The notes beneath the pieces are model-generated. The model worked only from the letters and a program-made list of their open reading frames with translations. It searched no databases and was not told the DNA's origin. The position numbers were made by a program, and so were the translations under genes. A stretch of 64,000 nucleotides of DNA, from NCBI RefSeq assembly GCF_009914755.1, contig NC_060938.1, one strand, 5' to 3'. The stretch comes from the human T2T-CHM13v2.0 reference genome, Homo sapiens. Shown piece after piece: positions 12,601 through 28,118 of this stretch. Every line of letters begins with the position of its first letter. Positions within the stretch are counted from its first letter, which is position 1.

Positions 12601-15600
12601 ACTAGAACAAGTAGAATAAAGAATTCCAGAGCTTAAGACAAGCCTTTTGAACTAACCCAATCATACAAAGATAAAGAAAAAATAATCAAAAGAAATGAGG
12701 GAAGCCTCCAGGAAATATATGATTATGTAAAATAGCCAAACCCAAAAATAATCGGTCTTACTAAGGGAGAAAAGAAAGCTAAAAGTTTGGAAAACTTATT
12801 TGAGTAAATAATTGAGGAAAACTCCCTTGCCCTTGCTAGAGATTTAGATATCCTAATACAAGGAACTGAAAGAACTCCTGGGAAATTCATGGCAAAAATA
12901 TTATCACCAAGTCATCTAGACATCAGGCTACCTAAAGTTAACAAGAAGGAAATAATTCTAAGAGCTGTAAGACCAAAGCAACAGGTAATCTATAAAAAAG
13001 CACCTATCAAACTAACAGCATACTTCTCAGAAGAAACATTACAAGCTAGAAGAGATTGGGGCCCTATCTTTAGCCTCCTTAAACAGAATAACTGGCAGTA
13101 AAAAAATTTGTATTCAGCAAAACTAACTATGTATCCTTCATGAATGAAGGAGAAATAAGTTCTATTTCAGACTAACAAATACTGAGGAAATTTGCCACTA
13201 TCAAACCAGCACTACAAGAAATGCAAATAGGAGTTCTAAGTCTTGAAACAAAAGGTCGATGTGCACCAAAATAGAACTTCTTGAAAGCATAAGACTCACA
13301 GGGCCTCTAAAACAATAACATAATGAAAAAGACAAAATATCTATGTAACAACTATTACGATGAATAGAACAGTACCTCATATCTCAATATTAACATTGAA
13401 TGTAAATGGCCTAAATGTTCCACTTACAAGAAACAGAATGGTGGAATTAATAAAACCACAAACCGAATATCTTCTGTCTCTAAGAAATTCACCTAACGTA
13501 AGAATTCATATACACTTAGGTAAAGTGGTGAAAAAAGGTATTTCACACAAATGGAAACTAAAAGCAAGCAGGAGTAGCTATTCTTATATCAGACAAAGCA
13601 GACTTTAAAGCAACAACAATAAAAAAAGAAAAAGAAGCTTATTATGTAATGATAAAAGGATCAATCCAACAAGAAGATATTACAATTCTAAAATTATATG
13701 CACCAAACACTTGACCTCCTAGATTTATAGAACAATTTCTACCAGACCAAAGAAATGAAATAGAGAGCAACACAATAATAGTCTACTGACAGCACTAAAC
13801 AGGTCATCAAGACAGAAAGTCAACAAAGAAACAATGGACTTAAACTATATTCTAGAACAAATGGACTTAACAGATATTTACAGAACATTTACAGAACATT
13901 CCACCCAATATCTGCAGAATATGCATTTATTTCATCAGCACATGGAACAGTCTCCAACATAGACAATATGATAGGCCACAAAACAAGTTTCAATAAATTC
14001 AAATAAATTTAAGAAAATTGAAATTATATCAAGTACCGTTCAGACAACAATGGAATAAAACTGGTTATCAATTCAAGCAAACCCCTCAAAACTATACAAA
14101 TAAATAAAAATTAAATTATCTGGTGTTGAATAATTTTGGGGTTAACAATGAAATCAAGGCAGAAATTTAAAAATCCTTTTAAATGAATGATTATAGTTTC
14201 ACAATTTATCAAGACCTCTGGAATACAGAAAAAGTAATGCTAAGAGGAAAGTTCATAGTATTAGATGTCTACATTAAGAAATCTGAAAGAGCACAAATTG
14301 ACAACCTAATGTTATACTTCAAAGAATTGGAGAAACAATAACAAACCAAACCCAAAGCCAGCAGAAGAAAATACAAATGAACATCAAAGAACGAAATATA
14401 ATTGGAACAAAAATAATACAAAAGATAAATAAAACAAAAATCTGGTTCTTTGAAAACATGAACAAAATTGACAGATCATTAGTGATATTAACCAAGGAAA
14501 GAAGAGAGAAGAGCCAAATAAGCTCAATTAGAAGTAAAACTGGAGACATTACAACCAATTCCACAGAAATACAAAAGATTATATGAGACTACTGTGAGCA
14601 CCTCTAGTCACACAATCTAGAAAATCCACAGGAAATGGATAAATTCCTGGAAAAATACAACCCCACAAGATTAAATCAGGAAGACATAGAAACCCCAAAC
14701 AGACCAAGAACAAACAGTAATATTGAATCAGTAATTAAAAAATGCCAACAAAACACAAGTACAGGGCCAGATGGATATACAGCTGAACTCTACCAAACAT
14801 TCAAAGAAGAATTGGTAGCAATTCTACTGAAACTATTCCAAAAGATAAACAGAGAGTCCTCTCTGAATTATCCTTTGAAACCAATATTAGCTTAACACCA
14901 AAACCAGGAAAAGGCATAACAGAAAAAAGAAAACTACAGACCAATATCCTTGATGAATATAGATGCAAAAATCCTCAAAAAAATACTACCTAAACAAATC
15001 CAATGGCATATCAAAAGGATAATGCATCATTATCAAGTGTGCTTCACCCCAGGGATGCTGGGATGATTTAACATACACGAGTCAGTAAATGTGATACATT
15101 ACATAAACCATCATTTTTTTTAAAAACATATGATTATCTCAATTAGATGCAGGAAAACCATTTGATTAAATCCAGCATCCCTTTATGATGAAAACCCTCA
15201 ACAAACTAGGCATAGAAGGGATTTACTTCAAAATAATAAAAGCCATACATGACAAACCCACAGTCATCAGGCTGATTGGAGAAAACTTGAAAGCATTCCC
15301 CCTGATAACTGGAACAAGACAAGGATGTTCACTTTCACCACATTTATTCAACATCACTCAAGAGCAAAAAATAAAGGGCATTCGAATTGGAAAAGAGGAA
15401 GTCAAACTACTGCTGTTCACTGATGATACAATTGTACACCTGGAAAACCCGAAAGACTCATCCAAAGAGCTCCTAGATCTGATAAATTAATTGAGTAAAG
15501 TCCCAGTTTACAAAATGAATGTACAGAAATCAGTAGCACTGCTATACATCAACAACAACTAAGCTGAGAATCAAATCAAGAACTCAATCCCCTTTACAAC

Positions 15601-17035
15601 TGCAAAAAATCTTAATTACCTAGAAATATGCTTAACCAAGGAGGTAAAAGATCTCTGCAAGGAAAACTACAAATTTGTTTCTATTTGTTTGTGTCATATA
15701 TTATTACTATGAAAGTAATCATAGTACTTTCATAGTAAAAAATCATCTGTGTTTTCAAATGGAAAAAAAAATAGGCATGTAGACCAATGGAACAAAATAG
15801 AGAACCCAGAAATAAAGCCAAATACTTACAGCCAACTGATCTTCAACAAAGCATACAAAAACATACATTGGGGAAAGGACACCCTATTCAATAAATGGTG
15901 CTAGGAAAACTGGCAAGCCACGTGTACAAGAATGAAACTGGATCCCTATCTCTCACTTTGTACAAAACTCAACTCAAGATGGATCAAATAATTATTAAGA
16001 ACCCAAAAGCAAATGCAACAAAAAAAAGTAAATAAAGGGGACCTAATTAAACTAAAACGCTTCGGCACAGCAAAAAGAAATAAACAGCAGAGTAAACAGA
16101 CAACCCATAGAATGGTAGAAAATATTTGCACGCTGTGCCTCTGATGAAGTAGTATCCAGAATCTACAAGGAATTCAATCAAATCAGCAAGAAAATATAAA
16201 TAATGCAATCAAGAGTGGACAAAAGGCATGAATAGACATGTCTCAAAAGAAGATATACAAATGGCCAACAAACATGACAAATGCTCAACATCATTAGTCA
16301 TCAAGAAATATAAATTAAAACCACAATGAGTTACCACCTCACTCGTGCAAGAAGGTCCATAATTCAAGTCAAAAAACAATAGATGTTGATGTGTATGTGG
16401 TGAAAGGGAACACTGCTAGTGGGAATGTAAATTAGTACAATCTCTATGGAAAACAGTATGAACATTCCTTAAAAAACTAAAAGTAGATCTACCATTTGAT
16501 CCAGCAATCCCACAACAGGGTATCTACCTAAAGGAAAAGAAGTCATTATGTCAAAAAGACACAAACACACACATGTTTATAGCAGCACAATTAATAATTG
16601 CAAAGATATGGAACCAGCCTGGGTGCCCACCGACCAATGAGTGGATAAAGAAAATATGGTATATATACACCACGGAATACAACTCAGCCATAAAAAAGAA
16701 CAAAATAATGTCTTTTGAAGCCACTTGGATGGAGCTAGAGGCCATTATTCTAAGTGAAGTAACTCAGGAATGGAAAACTAAACATTATATGGTCTCACTT
16801 ATAAGTGGGAGCTAAGCTATGAGGACTCAAAGACATACGAAGTGATAAAGTGGACCTTGGGGACTCGGGTTGGGGGTAGTTAGGAGGTGGGATGAGGAAT
16901 AAAAGACAACATATTGGGTGCAGCGCACGCTGCTCAGATGATGGGTGCACCAAAATCTCAGATTTCACCACCGCAGAATTCATCCATGTAACCACAAACC
17001 ACTTGTACTCCAAAGGCTACTGAAATTTGAAAAAG
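9655..17035 (+). mobile_element. Near-full-length dead L1PB (L1PB2/3-like) with ~2.6-kb 5'UTR
   Basis: 5' 'cttccatatggcagattagagg'; ORF1 start ATGAGAAGGAACCAG at 12251; ORF2 start MNRTVPHISILTLNVNGLN at 13360; L1PB 3'UTR 'ggagctaagctatgagg...gggtgcaccaaaatctcag'; many stops, frameshifts and deletions. Confidence 0.93.
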
Positions 17036-17188
17036 AGAGAGAGTCATTGATCTATGACTAGAAGAATCTCAGACAAAGAATTGAATCAAGTCCTGTCTCT
17101 GTCTCCTGGAAGCTAAGTGAGTGTAAGATATTTAGGCCTCACCAGCATTTAGTTTTAGTTTCTTTCTCTGCAAAAGGGGGACATCTTT

Positions 17189-17220
17189 TATATATATATA
17201 TATATATGTATGTGTATATA
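17189..17220. repeat. (TA)n-rich simple repeat
   Basis: tatatatatatatatatatgtatgtgtatata. Confidence 0.85.
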
Positions 17221-18035
17221 AATACATAGTTATTCTCATTGGACTGTACACATCTCAAATGTAGAAACTCTGTTACTCATCTCTTTATCTCTAGTATTAA
17301 TGCATTGTCCAGTGGAGTATGCATCAATAACTGCTTCTTGGACAAATGAGGATTACATAATGATAAAGTTATTTTTAAATTGTAAAAAAAAAAAAACAGT
17401 AGTAGGAAGTTCGAATTTTCATCAATGTTCTCCATCATTTGTCTCACTGTGTTATATGATTCCTCTTTTACAGCATTATGTGTGCATGCATGTGTTTTTT
17501 GTGTGTGTGTATGAAATGGGTTTAAATGTTGAATTCAATTTCACATTGTCATGCAAGAAGAAGTCATTTCAGAATAATTCACAAAAACTAAAGGAGTTTT
17601 TTCCCTCTGATCTCACTACTCATGTAGATTAAAGGTGAGACCACTTTGCACTGTGTATTGTTAAGCTCTGGACTTGTCACATTTATTCAAATAAGAATAC
17701 TAATGGATTTTACAGAAGAATAGAACTTTTAAAAAGATTATATTGTAACCAGACAGTCTATTCCTTTTAATAAATTGCACAATAGTCTTTTCACATGTGA
17801 TAGCAGTAAGCTTTTCTAGAGAATAGATATAAGCATAATAGTGCCCAGAGAAATAATAAATTATCCTCAAACAAGGGATATTAATTATGTCTTTTATGCA
17901 AAACTCACATCTCTCTAGAGAAATAAGATAAACATGGATTAATTTATTTATAAAGGAATGAGTATTGTTTTCTAAAAATATTAAGTTTTTATATCTATTT
18001 ACCACTAATATAAATCTTATGCCTCAGAGTCTTAT

Positions 18036-18595
18036 TGAGAGTAACAGGAGGCATCCTAGTGGCTAGGCAGATAGGGGCGGGTCCCTGGTGAAACCCCACC
18101 TCCAAGCTAAAGACAGTTTAAAGCCTGAAAGCCAAGCTATGAGTTAAATCCTCAGACCAGACTGAGAACTTGTCTTCTCATTTGCCTCTTTCCTCTGATT
18201 GATCCCCACTGTTCATCTATTTTACATATACCAACCCTTTCCTAATTGGTTTTCTACACTGTCGTGCCGAACCTTGGGTGATGTCTTCACTTTAGCCTTT
18301 TCTGCATACCAATAAACCAGTCAGCACACACTCCCTATTCTGAGTCCATAAAGGGCCCCAGATCCAGCCACAAGGGGGTGCTTTCCCACCTTCAGGTAAG
18401 GGGACCACTCTTGTGTCCAGCATATCCTCATTCTTCTTGTGTGTGGTACAAGAGCTCAGGAACCACCAAACATGGGTACAAGCTATAACAAAGGTGAGTT
18501 GGGGCATGCCAGCATGGCAGAGTGCGGCCCAGGCAGGGCATCATTGGCTGGAGGTCCCTGGTTTGCAAAGTGACTGAGAAGAAATTTCTACATCA
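18036..18595 (+). mobile_element. ERV1-class solo LTR (LTR27-like; subfamily uncertain)
   Basis: TG...CA termini; 4-bp TSD ttat (18032-18035, 18596-18599); GC box ggggcggg and TATA-like ccataaag; 'ctaggcagataggggcgggtccctggtgaaaccccacc' start. Confidence 0.85.
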
Positions 18596-18979
18596 TTATT
18601 GAGGTCAAAGAAACACTGCAAAACAGATATTTCAGCCAACACAAAACTGATAAGTATAAGTGGCCAGTAAAAATTAGTAACATTAAAGGAGAAATTTTCA
18701 AATTTATATTCACCAAATTGGCTTAAATCCTAAATCTTTATTAGAAGATATATTATTTGTGTCCTTCAGAATATTGTGATCACTCTTTCATTAATACTAA
18801 GGATGATGTCTGCAGTTCATTTGAAGCATCCTGCAAGTGACAGGGAGCAATTCCTCACCCTGCATACAAGGATTCTCAGGAAACGTATGTTTCTCCCAGA
18901 CATATTAGGCTCTATGTTCTGTTTCGATAGCATTCTACATCTGCATTTTGGTAATACTTCTTTAAAAATGCATTATCTT

Positions 18980-19334
<355 letters not shown>

Positions 19335-19507
19335 TCAAATGAATTCAATTTTTGTTTGTTATTCCGGTTTGCAGTAAGTCCAGAGGATTAAAGCAGTGCA
19401 TAGTACAGGCTCTAACTTAAAATTGAGTATCACTTGTCTATGTTTTAAAAGTTCTCACCATGGAATCTTCTAGCTGGCTGTGTATAGCTTACTTCTGTGT
19501 CTGTCTC

Positions 19508-19797
19508 TTTTTTTTTTTTTGAGACAGAGTGTCGCTCTGTTGCCAGGCTGGAGCACAGTGGCGCAATCTTGGCTCACTGCAACCTCCGCCTCCTGGGTTC
19601 AAGCAATCCTCCTGCTTCAGCCTCCTGAGTAGCTGGGACTACTGGTAAGCATTACCGCACCCAGCTAATTTTTATATTTCTAGTAGAGATCAGGTTTTAC
19701 CATGTTGGCCAGGATGGTCTCGATCTCCTGACCTCATGATCTGCCTGCCTCAACCTCCCAAAGTACTGGGATTACAGGCGTGAGCCACCGCCTGGCC
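19508..19797 (-). mobile_element. AluS (Sc-like), antisense
   Basis: T13 tail; 'ttgccaggctgg' single-base deletion and 'cctgacctcatgatc' short form. Confidence 0.95.
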
Positions 19798-22700
19798 TAT
19801 TTCTTTGTTACTCCTTGTTTCTTCCTGTCTTTCTTTTTATCCCCACTCCAAATACCCACATAGTCCCCCTCTTTTCAACTCTCATATATTGTCTTAAACC
19901 TGCATTAAGTTCATGTCTATAAGAGTTTAGTTTTAAATCTAAGCCCCCAAATATTTCTTGGCTTTCCTAAGCATTGCACAACCATTAAAATGCTCTCTTA
20001 ACCTAAGGAAATCTACTTAGGATCTTTTTCTTTAAACATTAGGACATTTCCATTTCTAGCCTTTCATTGATTCTATCCCTGAATGCATGCAACCATTCAC
20101 TTACAAGAGAAAATTCATAAGCTATGGGGAAATTTTATTTTATTTTTCTTTGTTAATGTAGGACTGGTCATAGGCATGGTTATTTTGGATACTAATTCTA
20201 TTTCAAAGGCCTTAAAATGCTAACATAAAAATGTCTTCACCATTTTTTATTTCGTTCCAGAGTTCATAATTCTTATCATGACTGATATTTCTCCTGAAAA
20301 CACTCTGTAAAATACAAAATGTTCCCTGTGAGAGCTCATACCTCAACCACTATCACTGTTTTCAAACTAAAGTACTCCAAGACTCACCCAGGAAGCAGTT
20401 ATGAAGGGGATGCTGCACCACTTTAAAATACATTTGTTGTGTTTATACACAATTCTTTAACTCATTACTATGAGAACTGTTGAGATGGTAAAACAGGTTC
20501 AGCACACATTTATGAAACACTATTTATCGATGCTGATGAAGAATGTTGCAATGAGATTGATAGGTTTGATACAGAACAAGCTAATGTAAACTATAAATGT
20601 TGCAATTTTTTTTTTTCTATTGAACACAAAACCCTGCAAGTTAACATCTAATGTCATGGAGACCTGGGTCTTAATAAATGGTAAATAACAGGTAAAACAG
20701 AGGTTTATCACTAGGAGGATAAAAATCTCCTGGGTAAGCCAATTATACAATGCTACTGTACATGCAGAAGATATACACCATCCTGTTGCCATATATCTAA
20801 GTTTTTAACAATTTTTTCTTAATATCTATCTCCTCCCCAGATTCTGAAACAATAGATGCACAAATATGAAACGATTAAACTAACTTGATTAGCTGAAGCC
20901 AATAATAACTACCCAAACAAAAGCTGAACACTTAAACCTACTCAGCCATAAACAGAAGAGCTTGAAAGCTGCAGGCTTTGTCCCTAAAGCTAGGGCCTGC
21001 TGTTGTGGTGTTAACATCGAGAAGCTTGAGATAAAGGTGTCTGTCCCATAGAAGGCTCAGTTAGGTAGGCAGTATCATTAGCTCATTTGCTCCAGCCAGT
21101 GGAGGGTAAGATTTTCCATTCTTAATTTTCTCATCCACTAGGATCATCAGGTAGAGAATGGAGAGATTGGGGAACCATTCTAAGAGCAGATGTATTCACT
21201 TATTATGGGCAAAATCACAATAAAACATATACTTTGGGGTTATCCTTTGTACTGGAAATAAATCTGCCAGATGATATCTAACTTTGTGGAGACTAGGCCC
21301 TAATAAATAGTAAATAGCAAGTAAAACAGAGGTAATTCCCTTAGAGAATTAAAATCTCTTTGACCTCTTTTACAAGCCACATATTCTTTTCCTGATGCTC
21401 ACAGGCTTTCCTTCTTAAGGTTTCCTCCCTTCAAGCTGCAAACAATCTATTTTATCCCCACAGGGTAGATCCTAAGCCTCCTGCTACATTACGATCCAAT
21501 CTCACTTCCCTAAGACTTGGGTCAAAAGTCAGATTCAGTCTTCTTCATTCTGTTTTTCCTCTTCTTTGTTCTGCCATAACTTCATCACTCTATGCAATTT
21601 TTGTAATGGAGAAATAAAGTCAACATTTTGGGAGAATGGCATCCAGAAATATGAGAAAGCCAAACCCATTACTTCAAATCCTCATTAAATCCAAGTAGCA
21701 GCTTGAATATCTTGAAAGTTAAATAGTGTACACAACAAAATTAAAATGAAAAAAAAAAAAGAAAACCTCGAGGGCAGTGGATTATGGCGAACTAGAAGTA
21801 AGACAAGATTGCAGCTCCGACTCAGATGGACAGAGCAACGTGTGGAGGCTTGCATCGTGCATTTTTGCTCCAGAATGACTGGAATAAATCCTGCAGAAAA
21901 TGACTGCAGCAAACCTGAAAAGATCCATAGACCCCTGAAGGAAGCAGATTGCTCCTGCAGGACCCAGGAGACACCCCAAATACTGTGAGTGCCCAAACTG
22001 TGGAAGTGGGAAAGGGAGATTATCTGCCCCTGAACACACACCCCCACTGGGGAAGCTGAAGGCTTAGATTAAAAGAGAAGATTTTGATCTTACCTGGAGC
22101 TGAGTCGATTTAGAGAGCCAAGCAAAATATAGGGGAAGAGGAAGCAGTTGGAAAAAGCCCTGGGAGATCACTGGGTCCCCTAGCAAGCCATTTTTGCCTG
22201 GCCTTACAAAGGTCCTTCGGGAGGGTGGCCAGAGGTACTGGGAAAAGGCCACAGGGAGAAGGAAGGCTCCAGCTGAACTTTATAGCAATTTGAACTCAAC
22301 CAGAAGCCTCCTGACCAGAACTCGATGGGAGGGGTGAAGCTGGCTTGCAGATTCCACAGGTGGGGAAAGAAGGAAAGCTTTATTTGCTTTGCAGCTGGGA
22401 GGTGGGTACTCTGGAGCAAGTTCTCAGCCCTGCTTGTTCACTGCCTGGAAACAGACTCAGTGCTGTTGGGGTGAGCATGGTGAAAGTAAGACTGGCCCTT
22501 CCAGTTGCATGGGAGCTGGGTGAGGCTTATGACTGCTGGCTTTTCCCCACTTCCCTGATAACCTGAATGACACAGTAAACAAAGTCATAATCCTCCTAGG
22601 AGCATAACTCTGTTGACCTGGGAACCTCACCCCCATCCCCCACAGCAGCCAAAGTAAGACCCGCCCAAAGAGAGTCTGAGCTCAGACACACCTATCTATG

Positions 22701-24434
22701 GCCCCACCACATGGTCCTTCCATACCCACCCTGGTAACTGAAGACACAGGGCATATACTCTTGAGAGTTCTAGGGCCTTACCTACCACCTGTTTCTCCCC
22801 ATACTACCACAGCTGATACTCTCTGGAAAGTTCCACCTCCTGGCAGGAAGCCAACCAGCACAAAAATAGAGCATTAAACCATCAAAGCTAAGAGCACTCA
22901 CAGAGCCCATTTCACCCCCTGCCACCTCCACTGGAACAGGTGCTGGTACCCCTGGCTGAGAGACCACAGATGGTTCACATCACAAGATTCTGCAGACAAC
23001 CCCCAGTACTAGCCCAGAGCCTGGTAGACTTGCTGAATGGCTACATCCAGAACAGAGATAACAATCACAACAGCTCAGCTCTTAGGAAGCCACATAAAAA
23101 AATCACACTAGCTCACCAGCAATAGGCCCAAGCCAAGAAGAAATTTCTGATTTACACGAAAAAGAATGCAAGAGTATAATTATTAAGCTAATCAGGGAGG
23201 CACCAGAGAAAGGCAAAGCCCAATGTAAGGAAATCCAAAAATGATATAAGAAGTGAAAGGAGAAATATTCAAGGAAATTGATAGCACAAATAAAAAAACA
23301 ATAAAAACTTCAGGAAACATTTGACAAACTTATAGAAATGCAAAATGCTCTGGAAAGTCTAAGCAATAGAATTGAACAAGCAGAAGAAATAAATTCAGAG
23401 CTTGAAGATGAGGTCTTTGAATTAACCCAATCCAATAAAGACAAAGAAAAAAATAAGAAGATATTAACAAAGCCTCCAAGAAGTCTGGGATTATGTTAAA
23501 TGACCTAATTTAAGAATAATCGGTGTTTCAGAGGAAGAAGAGAAATCTAAAAATCTAAAAGTTTGGAAAATATACTTGGGAGAATAACTGAGAAAAACTT
23601 CCCCGGCATTTCTCTAGACCTAGACATCCAAATACAAGAAGCACAAAGAACACCTGGGAAATTCATTGCAAAAAGATCATTGCACCTAGGAACATTGTCA
23701 TCAGGTTATCTAAAGTTCAGATGAAGGAAAAAATCTTAAGAGCTGTGAGACAAAAGTACCAGGAAAACTTTAAGGCAAAATCTGATTAACAGAAGATTTC
23801 TCAGCAGAAACTCCACACCCTTTGGGGTCCTATCTTCAGCCTCCTCAAACAAAACAATTAGCAGCCAAGAATTTTTTATCCAGCAAAACTAAGCTTCATA
23901 TATGAATGAAAGATACAGTATTTCAGACAAACAAATGCTGAGAGAATTTGCCATTACCAAGTCACCACTACAAGAACTGCTAAAAGGAGCTCTAAATCTT
24001 GAAACAAATTCTGGAAACACATCAAAAAAGAACCTTTTTAAAGCATAAATCTCACAGGACCTATAAAACAAAAATACAATTGAAAAAAACAAAAACAAAA
24101 GCAATGAAAAATCAAGATATACAGGTAACAAATAGCACGATGAATGGAATGGTACCTCACATCTAAATACTAACATTGAATGTAAATGGCCTAAATGCCC
24201 CAATTAAAAGATACAGTATTGCAGAATGGCTAAGAATTCACCAACCAACTATCTGCTGGCTTCAAGAGACTCACCTAACATATAAAGACTCACACAAACT
24301 TAGGGTAAAGGGGTGGAAAAAAGACATTTCATGCAAATGAACACCAAAAGTGAGCAGGGCTAGCTATTCTTACATCAGACAAAACAAACTTTTAAGCAAC
24401 AGCAGTTAAAAAAGACAAAGAGGAGCATTATATA

Positions 24435-24968
24435 ATGATACAAGGCTTTGTCCAACAGAAAAATATCACAATCCTAAACATACGTGCACCTAACACTGGA
24501 GCTCCCAAATTTATAAAACAATTACTAATAGACCAAAGCAAAGAGATAGACCACAACACAGTAATGGTGAGGGACTTCAATACTCCACTGACAGCACTGG
24601 ACAGGTCATTAAGACAGAAAGTCAAGAAAGAAACAATGGATTTAATCTGTACCCTGGAACAAATAGACTTAACAGATATATACAGAACATTCCATCCAAC
24701 AATCGCAGACTGTACATTCTATTCAACAGTGCATGGGACTTTTTCCAAGATAGGCCATACAATAGGCCACAAAACAAGCTTCAAAAAGTTTAAGAAAACT
24801 GAAATTATATCTAGCACTCTCTCAGACCACAGTGGAATAAAACTGGAAAATAAATCCAAAAGAAACCTCCAAAACCATGCAAATACATGGACATTAAATA
24901 ACCTACTCCTGAATGATCATTGGGTCAAAAATAAAATCAGGGTGGAAATTAAAATTTTTTTGAACTGA
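24435..24968 (+). pseudogene. L1 ORF2p APE endonuclease fragment (177-aa open stretch, not a functional gene)
   Basis: ITILNIRAPNTGAP, DFNTPL and SDHSGIKLE present; SKIDH motif changed to SKIGH; upstream and downstream frames broken. Confidence 0.9.
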
Positions 24969-26074
24969 ACGACAATAGTGACACAACCAATCAAAACCTC
25001 TGGAACACAGTAAAGGTGGTGCTAAGAGAAAAGTTCGTAGCCCTAAACACCTTAATCAAAAAGTCTGAAACAGCACAAATGGACAATCTAAGGTCACAAC
25101 TCAAAGAACTAGATGAACAAGAACTAACCAAACCCAAACCCAGCAGAAGAGAGTAAATAACCAAGATAAGAGCAGAACTAAATGAAATGGAAACAAACAA
25201 ACAAAAAACACAAAAGATAAATGAAACAAAAAGCTGGTTTTTAAAAAGATAAATAAAACTGATAGACCATTAGCAAGATTAACCAAGAACAAAAGAGATA
25301 ACACCCAAATAAGCTCAATAAGAAAGGAAACAGGAGATATTACAACTGACAACACAGAAATACAAAAATATTCAAGGCTACTGTGAACACCTTTATACAC
25401 ATTAAACTAGAAAACCTAGAAGAGATGGATAAATTCCTGGAGAGATACAACACTTCTAGCTTAAATCAGGAAAAATTAGATACCCTGAACAGACCAATAA
25501 AAAGCAGTGAGATTGAAATAGTAATTAAAAAATTACCAACAAAAAAATTCCAGGACCAGTTGCATTCACAACAGAATTCTATCAGACCTTCAAAGAAGAA
25601 TTGGTACCAATCCTATTGACACTATTCCACAAGGTAGAGAAATAGGGAACCCTCCCTAAATCATTCTATGAAGCCAATATCACCCTAATACCAAAACCAG
25701 GACATAAACAAAAAAGAAATCTACAGAACAATATCCCTAATGAACACAGATGCTAAAATTCTTAACAAAGTACTAGCTAACCAAATCCAACAACATATCA
25801 AAAAGATAATTCAACATGATCAAGTCAGTTTCATACCAGGGATGCAGAGGTGGTTTAACATATGCAAGTCAATAAATGTGATACACCACATAAACATAAT
25901 TAAAAACAAAAATCACATGATTATCTCAATAGATGCAGAAAAAGCATGAGACAAAATTCAGCATCGCTTTATGATTAAAACTCTCAGCAAAACTGGCATA
26001 CAAGGGACATACCTCAATATAATAAAAGCCATCTATGACAAACCCACAGCCAACATAATACTAAATGGGAAAAG

Positions 26075-26545
26075 TTGAAAGCATTCCCTCTGAGAATTGG
26101 AGCAAGACAAGGATTCCCACTCTCACCACTCCTCTTCAACATAGTACTGGAAGTCCTAGCCAGAGCAATCAGACAAGAGAAGGAAATAAAGGGCATCCAA
26201 ATTGGTAAAGAGAAAGTCAAACTGTCACTGTTTGCTGACGATATGATCATTTACCTAGAAAACCCTAAAGGCTGCTCCAGAAAGCTCCTAGAACTGATAA
26301 AAGAATTCAGCAAAGTTACTGGATACATTAATGTACACAAATTAGCAGCTCTTCTATACACCAGCAGTGACCAAGTTGAGAATCAAATTACGAACTCAAC
26401 CCTTTTTACAATAGCTGCAAATAAAATCAAATATTTAGTAATATACCCAACCAAAGAGGTGAAAGACCTCTACAAGGAAAACTACAAAACACTGCTGAAA
26501 GAAACCATGGATGACACAAATGGAAACACACCCCATGCTCACTGA
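26075..26545 (+). pseudogene. L1 ORF2p reverse-transcriptase fragment
   Basis: [21 protein letters not shown] and LFADDMI motifs; flanked by frameshifts. Confidence 0.9.
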
Positions 26546-27818
26546 TGGGTAGAATCAATATTGTGAATACAACCATATTACCAAAAGCAATCTACAAATT
26601 CATTGCAATTCCCACCAAACACCACCATCATTCTTCACAGAATAAGAAAAGCACAATCCTAAAATTCATATGGAACCAAAAAAGAGCTGGCATAGCCAAA
26701 GCAAGCCTAAGCAAAAAACAAAAACAAAAACAACAACAACAAAACAAATCTGGAGGCATAACATTACCTGATTTTGAACTATACTATAAGGTCATAATCA
26801 CCCATACAGCATGGTACTGGTATAAAAACAGGTATACAGACCAATGGAACAGAACAGAGAACACAGAAATAAACCCAGATACAGCCAACTGATCTTCAAC
26901 AAAGCAATTAAAAACATAAAGTGGAGAAAGAACACACTTTTCAACAGATGGTATCAGGATAATTGGCTAGCCACAGGTAAGAGAATGAAATCATCCTCAT
27001 CTCTCACCTTATACAAAAATCAACTCAACATGGATTAAGGACTGAAATCTAAGACCTGAAAATATAAAAATTCTAGAAGATATTATTGGAAAAACCCTTC
27101 TAGACATTGGCTTAGGCAAGAATTTCATGACCAAGAATCCAAAAGCAAATGGAATAAAAACAAAGATAAATTGCTGGGACTTAATTAAACTAAAGAGCTT
27201 TTGCACAGCAAAAGAACAGTCAGCAGAGTAAACCAACAAGCCACATAGTGGGAAAAAGATCTTTACAATCGCTACATCTGACAAAGAACTAATAATCCAG
27301 AATCTACAATGAACTCAAACAGATCAACAGGAAAAAAACAAACTATCCCATCCAAATGTGGGCTAAGAACATGAATAGATAATGCTCAAAAGAAGACATA
27401 CAAATGGTCAAAGAACATATGAAAAAAATGCTCAACATCACTAATGATCAGGGAAGTGCAAATCAGAACCACAGTGTGAAACTACTTTACTCCTGCAAGA
27501 ATGGCTATAATCAAAAAATCAGAAAACAGTAGATGTTGGCGTGGATGCAGTGAACGTGGAACATGTCTACATTGCTGGTGAGAATGTAAACTAATACAAC
27601 CACTATGGAAAACTGTGGAGATTCCTTAAACAACTAAAAGTAGATCTACCATTTGATCCAGCAATCTCACTACTGGTTATCTACACAGAGGAAGAAAAAT
27701 CATTATACAGAAAAGATACGTGCATATGCATATTTATAGCAGCACGATTCTCAATTGTAAAAACATGGAATCAACACTGAATGCCCATCAATCAACAAGT
27801 GGATAAAGAAACTGTGGT

Positions 27819-28118
<300 letters not shown>

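Noticed and set aside
18500-18520. p53-like GGGCATGCCA in the ERV1 LTR
   Set aside because: Only one imperfect half-site; the second CATG is not correctly spaced or flanked.
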